Below are positions 18,380 through 27,520 of a DNA stretch of 64,000 bases, in pieces. Made by a program: the position numbers and the translations under genes. The stretch's first letter is position 1. Each line of letters starts with the position of its first letter. Below the pieces are notes generated by a model. It did not search any database and was not told where the DNA came from. It saw nothing but the letters and a program-made list of their open reading frames with translations. The stretch is from a virus (taxonomy: Duplodnaviria > Caudoviricetes), in IMG/VR virus record IMGVR_UViG_3300048606_000120, positions 32,001 to 96,000 of that record. One strand, given 5' to 3'.

Positions 18380-20635
18380 ATGAGCGCTCAGCTTCTCAGC
18401 TCCAAGATCATCGTGCAGGAGGAAGAGCCCTCACTACGCGTGATCCAACCATCGGCGACTGGAGTGCTCGCGTGCAACGGGATCACCGCGAAGGGCCCAG
18501 TCGGAGCGTCAACCCTTTGCACGTCGTTCGAGCAGTTCGTGAAGATCTTCGGCGGCGACATCTCGTCTGGAATCGCCACGTCTGCGGTTCGCGCCTTCTT
18601 CGCGAACGGCGGACAGCGCTTGTACTTCACGCGTGTCGTTCACTACAGCGACATCACGAACGCAGCTTCAAAGACAAGTGCTGCTGGCACGCTGAGCCTG
18701 CAGACGGCTGCAGCGGCTCCATCTGCCGGAGCTGCTCTGGGTTCGATCGTGGGTCCGTTCGCGCTTGCCAACGGCGACACGCTGCTGGTGTCTCGTGATG
18801 CGCTCGGCACTGCGACCGCGACATTCACCGCGACTCGCGCGACTCGCACAGCCGCCAATGCGCCGACGTATGTGCTCACGAATGGCATGACCTTGACCGT
18901 GAAGATCAACGGCGGCGCCGTGCAGACCATCACGTTCACCACGGGTGCTTTCGTGTCGATCGGAGCTGCGACGGGAGCCGAGGTAGTCGCCGTGATCAAC
19001 GCTGCGCTGCAAGGCGGCTTCGCAGACCTGAACTCGGGCACGCCTCGGATCAACAGCGACAAGCTCGGCACGGGCAGCCACGTCGAGGTCACTGGAGGCA
19101 CAGCGAACACTCCAATCGGCTTCGTGACAGCGGTGGTCAATGGGACCGGCAACGTCGCAGATGCGAGTGCAGTCACCGTCGCCGAGGTCAAGACGATCGT
19201 CGAAGGTGCTGTCTCGGGCGTGACTGTTTCGAATGCTGGCGGCGCGGTGGCGATCACGTCGAACACAACTGGCGCTTCGAGCTCTGTGCAAGTGACTGCT
19301 CCGAGCACGGCGGACGATGAGCTCGGCTTCGACAACGCCACTCACACGGGCAGCACTGGCACAGCGGTCAACACGTTGACGGTGGATGCGAAGTACGACG
19401 GCACGTATTCGTCGAATGTCACTGTGCTGGTCAGCTCGGCGACGTCCGGAGTTGCCGCCGAGTTCAACCTGGCGATCCTCTACAACGGCGTGACGGTCGA
19501 GCGTTTTCCGAACCTCACGATGCTGGATTCGGGAGCGCGATTCGTAGAGACGATCGTGAACGCAGAGGACGGCGGGTCTGGGTACATTCACGTGACTGAC
19601 CTCGACGTGAATCCTGCGAGCGCAGTTGCGGAGAGACCCGCCAACAGCTCGGGCAGCCCGGCAGTGGCGTTCGGTCCGTTGACGGGAGGCAGTGACGGGC
19701 TTGCGTCGATTGCCGATGTGGACTTCGTCGGCGACTCATCGAGTCACACTGGGTTCTTCTCGTTCGACCTGAACTCTGACATCGACCTGCTCATCAGTCC
19801 GGAGCGAGCGACGCCGGCGGTTCAGAACGCGATGCTTTCGTACGCATCGGTCACTCGCAACGGCGAAGTGTTCGCCGTTCTCGATCCGCCGGCTGGTCTT
19901 TCTCCCGAAGGAGTTAACACCTACGTCGAGACGACCGCGGCGATCCGGAACCTGACAGAACACGGCGGGTTCTACTGGCCTCGCGTGAAGGTGCTCAACC
20001 CAAACGCGACTGTGTTCGGGTCAGCCGAGACGATCATCGTGCCTCCCTCTGGCCACATCGCTGGCATGTTCAGCCGCACCGACAGTTCACGTGTCGGCGG
20101 CGTCTACGAACCGCCAGGCGGGGTGGAGAAGGGAGTGCTGGCGGGTGTGGTTGGGCTCGAGAACGATCGGGTCAACGACGAGAACGTGCGCGACCTGATC
20201 GCCCCCAAGCAGATCAACCCGATCTGCAAGCTGCGCGGCTACTCGATCGCGGTCGACGACGTGCAGACGCTTCGGATGGGCGGCGCGTTCCCGACCGTGT
20301 CTGAGCGTCGTGGCGTGTCGTTCATCGAGCGGTCGATCAAGGATGGGCTGCAGTTCGCTCGGCTGCGGAACAACGACGAGAGCTTGCGCGACGAGGTCTC
20401 TCGCACGATCGAGGCGTTCCTGCTGGTGCAGATGCGGGTGAAGGCGTTCCGCTCGATGGATCCGGAGAAGGCCTTCTTCGTCGACGTCGGCGACGCTCTC
20501 AATCCTCCGACCGAGCAGTTCGCCGGCAAGCTCAACGCCCGCATTGGGCTCGCGACGCAGAAGCCGAGCCGATTCTTGATCCTGTCGTTCGCCCAAGACA
20601 CGCGAGCCATCGACGAAGAAACTGCAGCTGGCTGA
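18380..20635 (+). CDS. Tail sheath protein
   Basis: KGPVG, FFANGGQRLY, FAVLDPP, YWPRV, VPPSGHIAG, INPI, RR..FIE.SI. Confidence 0.95.
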   Translation: MSAQLLSSKIIVQEEEPSLRVIQPSATGVLACNGITAKGPVGASTLCTSFEQFVKIFGGDISSGIATSAVRAFFANGGQRLYFTRVVHYSDITNAASKTSAAGTLSLQTAAAAPSAGAALGSIVGPFALANGDTLLVSRDALGTATATFTATRATRTAANAPTYVLTNGMTLTVKINGGAVQTITFTTGAFVSIGAATGAEVVAVINAALQGGFADLNSGTPRINSDKLGTGSHVEVTGGTANTPIGFVTAVVNGTGNVADASAVTVAEVKTIVEGAVSGVTVSNAGGAVAITSNTTGASSSVQVTAPSTADDELGFDNATHTGSTGTAVNTLTVDAKYDGTYSSNVTVLVSSATSGVAAEFNLAILYNGVTVERFPNLTMLDSGARFVETIVNAEDGGSGYIHVTDLDVNPASAVAERPANSSGSPAVAFGPLTGGSDGLASIADVDFVGDSSSHTGFFSFDLNSDIDLLISPERATPAVQNAMLSYASVTRNGEVFAVLDPPAGLSPEGVNTYVETTAAIRNLTEHGGFYWPRVKVLNPNATVFGSAETIIVPPSGHIAGMFSRTDSSRVGGVYEPPGGVEKGVLAGVVGLENDRVNDENVRDLIAPKQINPICKLRGYSIAVDDVQTLRMGGAFPTVSERRGVSFIERSIKDGLQFARLRNNDESLRDEVSRTIEAFLLVQMRVKAFRSMDPEKAFFVDVGDALNPPTEQFAGKLNARIGLATQKPSRFLILSFAQDTRAIDEETAAG

Positions 20636-20648
20636 TTAGGAGACAACG

Positions 20649-21116
20649 ATGCCGGTCATCGGAAAACCGCGTCACTTTCACACCAAGTTTCGCTTCTTGG
20701 TTGAGGTCGACGGCTTGGGCAGCGCGGCTTTCCAGAGCTGTTCAGAGCTCAAGGCCGAGATCGCGAAGATCGAGTACTTCGAGGGCGGCGTCATCATCCC
20801 GAATAAAGATCCGGGCCGCATGACGATCAGCGACCTGACGATCGAGCGAGCCGCGACGAAGGACATTGACCTCTACAACTGGTTTCAGATCACGTCGAAT
20901 GCGGCTCTCAACGGCGGCCTGGCGAGTCCTCTCTTCAAGCGCATGGGAGCGGTCGTTCAGTTCGACCGTGACAATCGCACCCTGCGTCGTTGGCGGCTCG
21001 CCGGCCTGTGGCCGCTCTCGTTCGTAGCGGGGGCATGGGACAACAACTCGGACGAGTTCACGATGGAGCAACTCGTTCTCACCTTCGATTTCTTCCAGCT
21101 CACGAAGAACGCCTGA
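20649..21116 (+). CDS. Tail tube protein (T4 gp19-like)
   Basis: FRFLVEVDG, FQSCSEL, YFEGG, K.PGR, LYNWF, RRWRL..WP. Confidence 0.93.
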   Translation: MPVIGKPRHFHTKFRFLVEVDGLGSAAFQSCSELKAEIAKIEYFEGGVIIPNKDPGRMTISDLTIERAATKDIDLYNWFQITSNAALNGGLASPLFKRMGAVVQFDRDNRTLRRWRLAGLWPLSFVAGAWDNNSDEFTMEQLVLTFDFFQLTKNA

Positions 21117-21324
21117 GCGGCGCAGTGACGGCAGCGGATCCCAATCGCGACTACCTGCGCTTTGTCGAGCGCATGCGGCAGTGGGAGGTTCGTGCTGAGG
21201 CGGTGAAGCGAACGCGTTCGGCGGGTCTGTACGCAGACGAAGAAGAGTTGCCCGAGGTCGAGTTCGACGAAGCTCGCCGTCGCTACCGTCGAAAGGTCAA
21301 GGACCTGCCTCGGGTGAGGCGTGC

Positions 21325-21534
21325 ATGAGTTTGGTCGGCGTGGTCGTCGGCATCCTCTGCATGGAGGTGGGTTACGAGCTCGGCAGGTTCGTTCAGAACC
21401 GCAGCCAGCGGCAGATGATGGATATGCTCCTGGAGCGCGATGCGCAGCTCCTGGAGGCGCAGCGCGAGCTTACGGGCTATGTGCGAGAGATGGTCGACGA
21501 AGTCCGGAGCGGCCGCTTGAGCCGCATGCACTGA
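21325..21534 (+). CDS. Small membrane-anchored hypothetical protein
   Basis: N-terminal hydrophobic helix followed by coiled coil; GAGG upstream. Confidence 0.5.
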   Translation: MSLVGVVVGILCMEVGYELGRFVQNRSQRQMMDMLLERDAQLLEAQRELTGYVREMVDEVRSGRLSRMH

Positions 21535-21879
21535 AGGGTCCCGAACCATGACCGTCCATTGGGCTCTTGTCGCGTTCGCCGTACCTTTCAGCTGGTTCAG
21601 TGGCTTCTGGTTCGGTCGCCTAGCCGAGGCCTACAAGTGGCAAGGCAAGGCCCACTCATCACGGGTCGCTGGACCGCGCATGCTCAGTGGCGGGCACTTT
21701 TACCGGGTGCATTTCGACGACTGAGGCAGCAGCACTGTTCTGAACTCATACCGTGCGTCACAGACAACGCACGGCGTGTCCTCTGGATCGATCTCGGCGC
21801 ACAGACACTCTGCCCACGCGTAGCCAGGTTCTGGCTTGTGCTCGATCGTGTCGATGCGAACTAGCTCGGGTCGGTTCAT

Positions 21880-22104
21880 TTAGGTCCTCACCACAGCCCG
21901 ACGGCGCTGCCAGCGGCCAGTGCTCTTGAGCATCGACTGCACGATCCAGCGCATCCGTTCGTAGCCGCACTGGGTGCATTGGAATCGAGCCCGAGAGCAG
22001 CAGCCTCGTCGTTCTCCCAAATGCAGCTTGACCGCTTCGGCGGCGTCACAGCGGCTGCAGGGGAGATTCAGAAGCTCTCGCCAGCGGATTAGACGCTTCG
22101 GCAT
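21880..22104 (-). CDS. Small zinc-ribbon hypothetical protein
   Basis: CSRC...CTQC pairs. Confidence 0.45.
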   Translation of the reverse strand: MPKRLIRWRELLNLPCSRCDAAEAVKLHLGERRGCCSRARFQCTQCGYERMRWIVQSMLKSTGRWQRRRAVVRT

Positions 22105-22446
22105 TGGTTGTCCGTGAGGAGCCGTGAACGGGCGTCACATCCGTCCACGGCTCCACCGGAGTGCTTTTGGGGTAGCGCAGCTTTCGGCTACGTTCAAGGG
22201 GCTATTCGTGATCTCCACCGTGCGGCGTGGTACGACGTGTGGGCATGGACGACGAGCCCGACAACGAGTTCACCGAAGCGGAGCGGCCGTCGACTCGCCA
22301 TCGACTTGGCCAGCTGGAGCTCATACCGGAGCGAGTCACTTTGCTGGAGCGTCAGATGCAGTGCGTTTGGCCGCTGCTCGTGTGCATGGGTCTAGCGGTT
22401 GGTGCGCTGCTCGGGCGCGGCTGCATAGGCTAGACTCGAGAGGCAA

Positions 22447-22782
22447 ATGAAGCAGGCTTGCGAATGCTGTCGCCGCAAAGTGATTTGGGCGTACACCGAC
22501 AACGGCAGTCGCATGATCCTCGACTGTGAGCCGTCATCGACAGGTCCTATCGTAGTCACGCAAACGCCGGACGGCTTGCACGCTCGGATCTTGCCGCGCC
22601 ATCAGCGCAAGCAGCCACAGCCAGACATTGACCCGACCACTCGCTACCGATCCCATTACCTTATCTGTCCGGAGTCTGAGCAGCAGGGCAACCAGCACAA
22701 GCCTCGCAAGCGGAGCAAGAGCAAGGTCGGGGCGCGTGAGAAGCGCATGCAGCATATCCGAGCTCTGCTGAAGGAGTCTTAG
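22447..22782 (+). CDS. Hypothetical zinc-binding phage protein
   Basis: CECC..VIWA...SHYLICP; GAGG ribosome-binding site. Confidence 0.65.
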   Translation: MKQACECCRRKVIWAYTDNGSRMILDCEPSSTGPIVVTQTPDGLHARILPRHQRKQPQPDIDPTTRYRSHYLICPESEQQGNQHKPRKRSKSKVGAREKRMQHIRALLKES

Positions 22783-23174
22783 CGAGGGCTCTGCTCGCTC
22801 GCAGCGCTGGCTAGGCGCCTCTTGGGAGCGGAGTCGAGCCATTCAAGCAGGTTGTCGATGCCGGCCCGCACATCGTCTGGCAGGTGCGGCAGCGTGGCTG
22901 CGATGGCCAGCCGCAGCAGTTGGATCGACTTGTTCAGCCGCATCGTTTCGATCGTTTTGCGAGCGACCTCGGACTGAAAATCGTCAAGCCAACGCTGCGT
23001 GCGAGCGTGAGCCGCTCTCTCCGCGGCGAGCTGTTCTTTGAGCGCAGCAGCGATGTCCGACGGTCGCTCTGCTGGCGTGAATGCCGGGCAGTTGCTTGCG
23101 CACGGCGGCTCGTATCCGCACTCGCACCATGTCGATTTTGAGGGCGCTTGGTCTGTCACGAAGGCCTCCTCCAA
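22779..23174 (-). CDS. Hypothetical protein (Cys cluster plus coiled coil)
   Basis: CECG...CASNC then coiled coil; starts next to palindrome copy 2. Confidence 0.55.
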   Translation of the reverse strand: MEEAFVTDQAPSKSTWCECGYEPPCASNCPAFTPAERPSDIAAALKEQLAAERAAHARTQRWLDDFQSEVARKTIETMRLNKSIQLLRLAIAATLPHLPDDVRAGIDNLLEWLDSAPKRRLASAASEQSPR

Positions 23175-23177
23175 GAA

Positions 23178-23199
23178 GTTGTAACCTCGAGGTTACAAC
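23178..23199. repeat. Dispersed palindrome copy 2 (22 bp perfect)
   Basis: GTTGTAACCTCGAGGTTACAAC between divergent genes. Confidence 0.97.
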
Positions 23200-23258
23200 A
23201 AGTTGCGAGTTCAACCCGCTTCCATTTATTCCCTACTGAGGCACCGAAAAGGATCTAC

Positions 23259-24035
23259 ATGGCTAGAGAGACCGAGCTGACATGTCCATCAGGGTTGCGC
23301 GTTCGGCTACGCAGCATCAAGGGCAAGGATTTGGACGGGCTGCGCGACAAGCGAAAAGTGGCGACTGGAGAAGCCATAAGCACGCTGTTGAACGAGTGCA
23401 CGCTCGAGGTTCTTGACGCTGCGATCTACAAGGACCTACCGACTGCGTTCAGCTGGGCAGATACGCTGATCGGTGATCGGATGAAGGCGATCGTGGCGTT
23501 GCGCCAGGCCACGTCAGGGGAGGAGTACGATTTCCGGCTGCGCTGTCGTGATCCAGAGTGCAGGGAAATGATCGACTGGACGATCAACTTGAGCGACTTG
23601 CCCGAGAAGCGGCTCACGCCCGAGAACGCGGCGGTCTTTCTCTCAGGCAACGTGTTCGAGACGCTGATCAACGACACACTTGTGAAGTTCAAGCTGCGGA
23701 CCGGGCGCGATCAGGCGAAGCTCCAGAAGCAGATCTTGCAGATGGACGCCGCTGCTCGGGATCACGACAAGAAGAACCGCCAGTCTGCTGAAAACAGAGC
23801 TGTGATCGGCGTGTTCGCTCGGATCATCTCGGTCGACGGTGTGACGAACGTAATGGACTGGCTAGGTGAGCTGGATTTGTCTGAGATCAATCAGCTCTCG
23901 AAGGCGATGGATGCTGCTGACTGCGGCATCGAAACCACGATCCAAGTCGTCTGCGAAAACGTGAACGGGAACGGGTGCGGGTTGAAGCAGGAGGTGGAGC
24001 TCCCTTTGGACAGCACCTTCTTTCAGCAGAGGTAG
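23259..24035 (+). CDS. Tail assembly chaperone / baseplate-hub assembly protein (T4 gp26-like)
   Basis: ATG at 23259; LTCPSG, IGDR...LRQ, CxxxxC pairs, ends LPLDSTFF; upstream of the tape measure gene. Confidence 0.75.
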   Translation: MARETELTCPSGLRVRLRSIKGKDLDGLRDKRKVATGEAISTLLNECTLEVLDAAIYKDLPTAFSWADTLIGDRMKAIVALRQATSGEEYDFRLRCRDPECREMIDWTINLSDLPEKRLTPENAAVFLSGNVFETLINDTLVKFKLRTGRDQAKLQKQILQMDAAARDHDKKNRQSAENRAVIGVFARIISVDGVTNVMDWLGELDLSEINQLSKAMDAADCGIETTIQVVCENVNGNGCGLKQEVELPLDSTFFQQR

Positions 24036-24268
24036 ATGCTGAGCCGTTCGACTACCTGTTGTTTTACGACGAAAAAACTGGCGAAAGTCAGTGGTGGGAG
24101 ATTCGCTTTGCGCTGATGTGGATTCAGCACGGCGGCAGCGGACTTGGCATGTCGTACGATCAAGTGAACGACCTCGATGTGATGGAGATCGCGTGGTTGG
24201 TCGAGCGAATGCATGAGCAGCGGAAGATCGAGGTCGAAGCCATGAAAAGAGCCAACCGGAGCCGGTGA
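24002..24268 (+). CDS. Second tail-chaperone ORF in the -1 frame (possible frameshift extension)
   Basis: EIRFALMW..HGG..MSYDQV..L...E..W; no good independent start; heptamer C CCT TTG at 24002-24008. Confidence 0.6.
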   Translation, partial: PFGQHLLSAEVDAEPFDYLLFYDEKTGESQWWEIRFALMWIQHGGSGLGMSYDQVNDLDVMEIAWLVERMHEQRKIEVEAMKRANRSR

Positions 24269-24307
24269 GCATAGGCTGGTGGGCATGCTCACCGCCGCCG
24301 CCGCCGA

Positions 24308-24331
24308 AGTTGTAACCTCGAGGTTACAACT
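24308..24331. repeat. Dispersed palindrome copy 3 (24 bp perfect), abutting the tape-measure ATG
   Basis: AGTTGTAACCTCGAGGTTACAACT|ATG. Confidence 0.97.
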
Positions 24332-26656
24332 ATGGGCCTGAACTCACTCGGGCTCGGGTTCTTGTTCACGGCGACCGACCTTGCGTCGGGCGTGATGTCC
24401 AACGTCGGCAAGAACTTCAAGGAGCTCGAGGAACAGTCCGGCCGGTCGATCGGCAATATCGACGAGATGACTAAGAAACTCGGCGCTGGCTTGATCACCA
24501 CAGCTGTCGGCGTGGGTGGGTTGGCAGCGAGCTTCAGCCTGGCTGGTAAAGCTTCCACGTTCGAGGCCGCGCTCGCCGCAGTCGGCGCAGTCAGCAACGC
24601 CACGGCTGCTGAGATGAAGCAGCTGGAGGATGCGGCGATCAAGGCTGGCAAGGAGACCCAGTTCTCGCCCACTGAAGCCGTTCAGGGGCTCAATGAGCTG
24701 TCGCAGGCCGGGTACAACGTCAAGGAGTCAATCGACCTCCTGCAGCCGTCCTTGCTGCTTGCTGCGGGTTCTCTGGGCGACCTCTCGCCAGCAGAAGCTG
24801 CTGGTCTTGCTTCGCAGGGCCTCAAGGCGTTCGGAATCGACGCCAAGTACGCCGGCCGGATGGTCGATCAGTTGCTGCAGTCGGCCAATGCGTTTGCGGT
24901 GAAACCGGCCGACCTCGCTCTCGGTTTGGGCACCGTGTCGAGCGGCGCGCAGACGTTGAACCAGAGCCTCACCGAGAGCGTCATCGCGTTCGGGTTGGTG
25001 AAGAACATCATCCCGGGCACGGAGCGAGCAGCTACCAGTGTGAAGGTGGCGATGGAGCGGCTCGCTGATCCGAAGGTCCAGAAGGCGATGAAGGCACACC
25101 ACGTCTCGGTGCTCGATGCCAACGGCGGTTATCGCCAGTTCCTCGACATCATCAAAGACCTGATGCCTCAACTCGACAAGATGAGTGAGGGTGACAAGGG
25201 AGCTTTTCTCATCAAGACGTTCGGGACCGAAGGCTTGTCTGGCGTCAACGCGATGTTGTCTCAGTTCGGGGCTGGCATAAAAGGCGCTGATGGTCAGATT
25301 CGAAAAGGTGGCGATGCGATCGACTACCTGCGCAAACAGTTCTCAGGAGCCAATGGAGTTGCCGAGGACTTTTCGAAGAAGACTCTCAACACGTTCGAGG
25401 GCTCGAAGAAGCTGCTGATGGGTTCGATGGAGACTCTCGCGATCATGATCGGCAAGCCGTTCATGAAGGCGTGGAAACCAGTAGTCGACTCGTTCACGGC
25501 GTCGGTGAACGAGATCATCGTGATCCTCGACAAAATGAGTCCCTCGACGAAGAACTACTTCGCGAAGGTCATCGTCGGAGGCTTGGCAGTGGTAGCGCTC
25601 GCTGGCGCGATTCTGCTGGTGGATGCAGCTATCCCGATGGTCATGGGAGGCATCGCGTCTCTCACGACAGCGGTGATCGGCTTGGGAACCTCCGCCGGCA
25701 TTGCGCTTATCGAGCTGTGGCCGCTGACTCTCATCGCTCTTCTGCTCGGCGGAGTTCTCTACGGCTTGAGCAAACAGACTGGAGGACTACAAGCTGCTTG
25801 GGACGCTTTGTGCAATGGGTTCGAAGCCATGGACGTCTGGAACGAGCTGAAGATCTCGGCCGACAACTTGAGGGCAGCGTTCGCGTTTCTCTCAAAACAG
25901 TTCGGCGGCACTGGGAAAGATGCCAACCTGACCAAGATCATGTTCGGCTTGCTCGGTGGAGTTATTGGCGGGCTCGTGCGCTTTGCATCTTGGCTTGTTG
26001 TTATTTTTGTAGATGTGGTTGCCTCAATTGTGGCCGTCGGAGGCTGGGTGGTCTGGCTGGCGAAGAAGTTCAGTTTCTTGATCGACGCGGTCAAGGACGC
26101 TTGGAACTGGATGAAGAAGCTCGTCGGGCTTGGTCCTGTCGCCACAGCGACTCTCAAGGACATGAGTCCGAAGTTCAAGCTGTCCGATCAGGGCAAAGCT
26201 CAGCCGGATCCCGTCGACTACAAAGCGCGCGGTCACAACCTAGTGAGCGATGTACCTCAAGTGCTCGACCCATACATGCCGGTGCCGTTAGCCAACATCG
26301 CGACGCAGCGAGACCTGCTCTCGCTTGCTCAAGATCAGAACCTTCGAGAGCAGCAAAAGCGCTTTGCGCTCGCTCAACGCAACCAACAAACCCATCCAGG
26401 GTTCGAGCCGGACTACTCGCAATACATGCCCTCGGCTGCAAGCGCGGCTGGCTTGGCAGAAGCCTCGAGCCTGCATCGTGGCGAGGGTCCGATCGACTAC
26501 GACAAGATGGCCGAGTCGCTCACGAAGCTGGTGCCATTCCAGTTCAACGTGTCGATCGGGCAGGACAAGTTGATCACCATCATTCAGAAGGCGCAGGCGT
26601 CGCAGTCTGCTCGCATGAGCAACACGAACACGTACATCAGCTCCCACGAAGGTTGA
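24332..26656 (+). CDS. Tape measure protein (TP901-like core)
   Basis: FEAALAAVGAV..AT..EM..L...A, TQFSPTEA, hydrophobic central segment. Confidence 0.93.
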   Translation: MGLNSLGLGFLFTATDLASGVMSNVGKNFKELEEQSGRSIGNIDEMTKKLGAGLITTAVGVGGLAASFSLAGKASTFEAALAAVGAVSNATAAEMKQLEDAAIKAGKETQFSPTEAVQGLNELSQAGYNVKESIDLLQPSLLLAAGSLGDLSPAEAAGLASQGLKAFGIDAKYAGRMVDQLLQSANAFAVKPADLALGLGTVSSGAQTLNQSLTESVIAFGLVKNIIPGTERAATSVKVAMERLADPKVQKAMKAHHVSVLDANGGYRQFLDIIKDLMPQLDKMSEGDKGAFLIKTFGTEGLSGVNAMLSQFGAGIKGADGQIRKGGDAIDYLRKQFSGANGVAEDFSKKTLNTFEGSKKLLMGSMETLAIMIGKPFMKAWKPVVDSFTASVNEIIVILDKMSPSTKNYFAKVIVGGLAVVALAGAILLVDAAIPMVMGGIASLTTAVIGLGTSAGIALIELWPLTLIALLLGGVLYGLSKQTGGLQAAWDALCNGFEAMDVWNELKISADNLRAAFAFLSKQFGGTGKDANLTKIMFGLLGGVIGGLVRFASWLVVIFVDVVASIVAVGGWVVWLAKKFSFLIDAVKDAWNWMKKLVGLGPVATATLKDMSPKFKLSDQGKAQPDPVDYKARGHNLVSDVPQVLDPYMPVPLANIATQRDLLSLAQDQNLREQQKRFALAQRNQQTHPGFEPDYSQYMPSAASAAGLAEASSLHRGEGPIDYDKMAESLTKLVPFQFNVSIGQDKLITIIQKAQASQSARMSNTNTYISSHEG

Positions 26657-26660
26657 GCCA

Positions 26661-27188
26661 ATGGCAATCGACTCGATGGAAGCCTACGTACGAGTTCCCG
26701 AGCGGTTCTCGGTCCTGAACTTGTCAACAGACGAAGAGGTGATCGCTCAGCTGAACCCGACTGAGTTCGAGGAGTCGATCAGTGCCAACTGGAACAGGCT
26801 CGGCACCCCGGGCGCGTCGCGGCAGCACATGCATTTCTCGAACACCGACAACGGCACGGTCTCGCTGGAGCTCTACTTTCGAGCCGCGAATGAGATTGAG
26901 TACGACAACATCAATAAGGCCAAATACCAGATCAAAAGCTGGTGCTACCCGCAAGCCGCAACTTCGACAGCTCCGGGTAAGGGCCCGCCTGTGTTGCTCG
27001 CTACGTGGCCGATGGTATTCTCGATCGACTGTGTCCTGCTCAGCTGCACGTTCAAGAACAAGCGGTTTGCGCCGGATGGGCGCTGCACGATGTTCACTGC
27101 ACAGGTGAAGTTCGAGGAATGCAGCGATGGTAGGCTGACCTCTGAAGACATCGTGCAGGCATCTGTCGTGCGAGGGTTGACCTCTTGA
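26661..27188 (+). CDS. Tail tube initiator (contractile-system tube-like protein)
   Basis: QLNPTEF, PPVLL.TW, RFAPDG...AQVKFEE; follows the tape measure gene. Confidence 0.75.
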   Translation: MAIDSMEAYVRVPERFSVLNLSTDEEVIAQLNPTEFEESISANWNRLGTPGASRQHMHFSNTDNGTVSLELYFRAANEIEYDNINKAKYQIKSWCYPQAATSTAPGKGPPVLLATWPMVFSIDCVLLSCTFKNKRFAPDGRCTMFTAQVKFEECSDGRLTSEDIVQASVVRGLTS

Positions 27189-27520
27189 CTGTCTTCGAGA
27201 AGAGCCGCTTCACGTTCTGCAACGCCTGGTTCGACGATGCGGGCCGTGTCTTCCTCGACGATCGTGTTCCGTACGGCTATCGAGCGTTCAGCGACAACAC
27301 GATTCACATCGTGACCGAAGGCGAAACCATTTGGTCCATCGCTGGCCAGCACTTTCAGCCGACACCTCGAGCGGCCGGCCTCTGGTGGGCGATCGCTGAC
27401 TTTCAGCCGAACCCGATTCATGACCCGACGATCGCTCTGGTGCCTGGCTCTATGCTCGTGCTGCCGAGCCTAAGGACCGTCCTCGAGGAGGTCCTGGGCG
27501 AAGCCAGGCGGACTGGATGA
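27185..27520 (+). CDS. LysM-like baseplate protein (tail protein X-like)
   Basis: HIVTEGETIWSIA, WWAIADF, LVPG..LVLPS. Confidence 0.8.
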   Translation: MTVFEKSRFTFCNAWFDDAGRVFLDDRVPYGYRAFSDNTIHIVTEGETIWSIAGQHFQPTPRAAGLWWAIADFQPNPIHDPTIALVPGSMLVLPSLRTVLEEVLGEARRTG

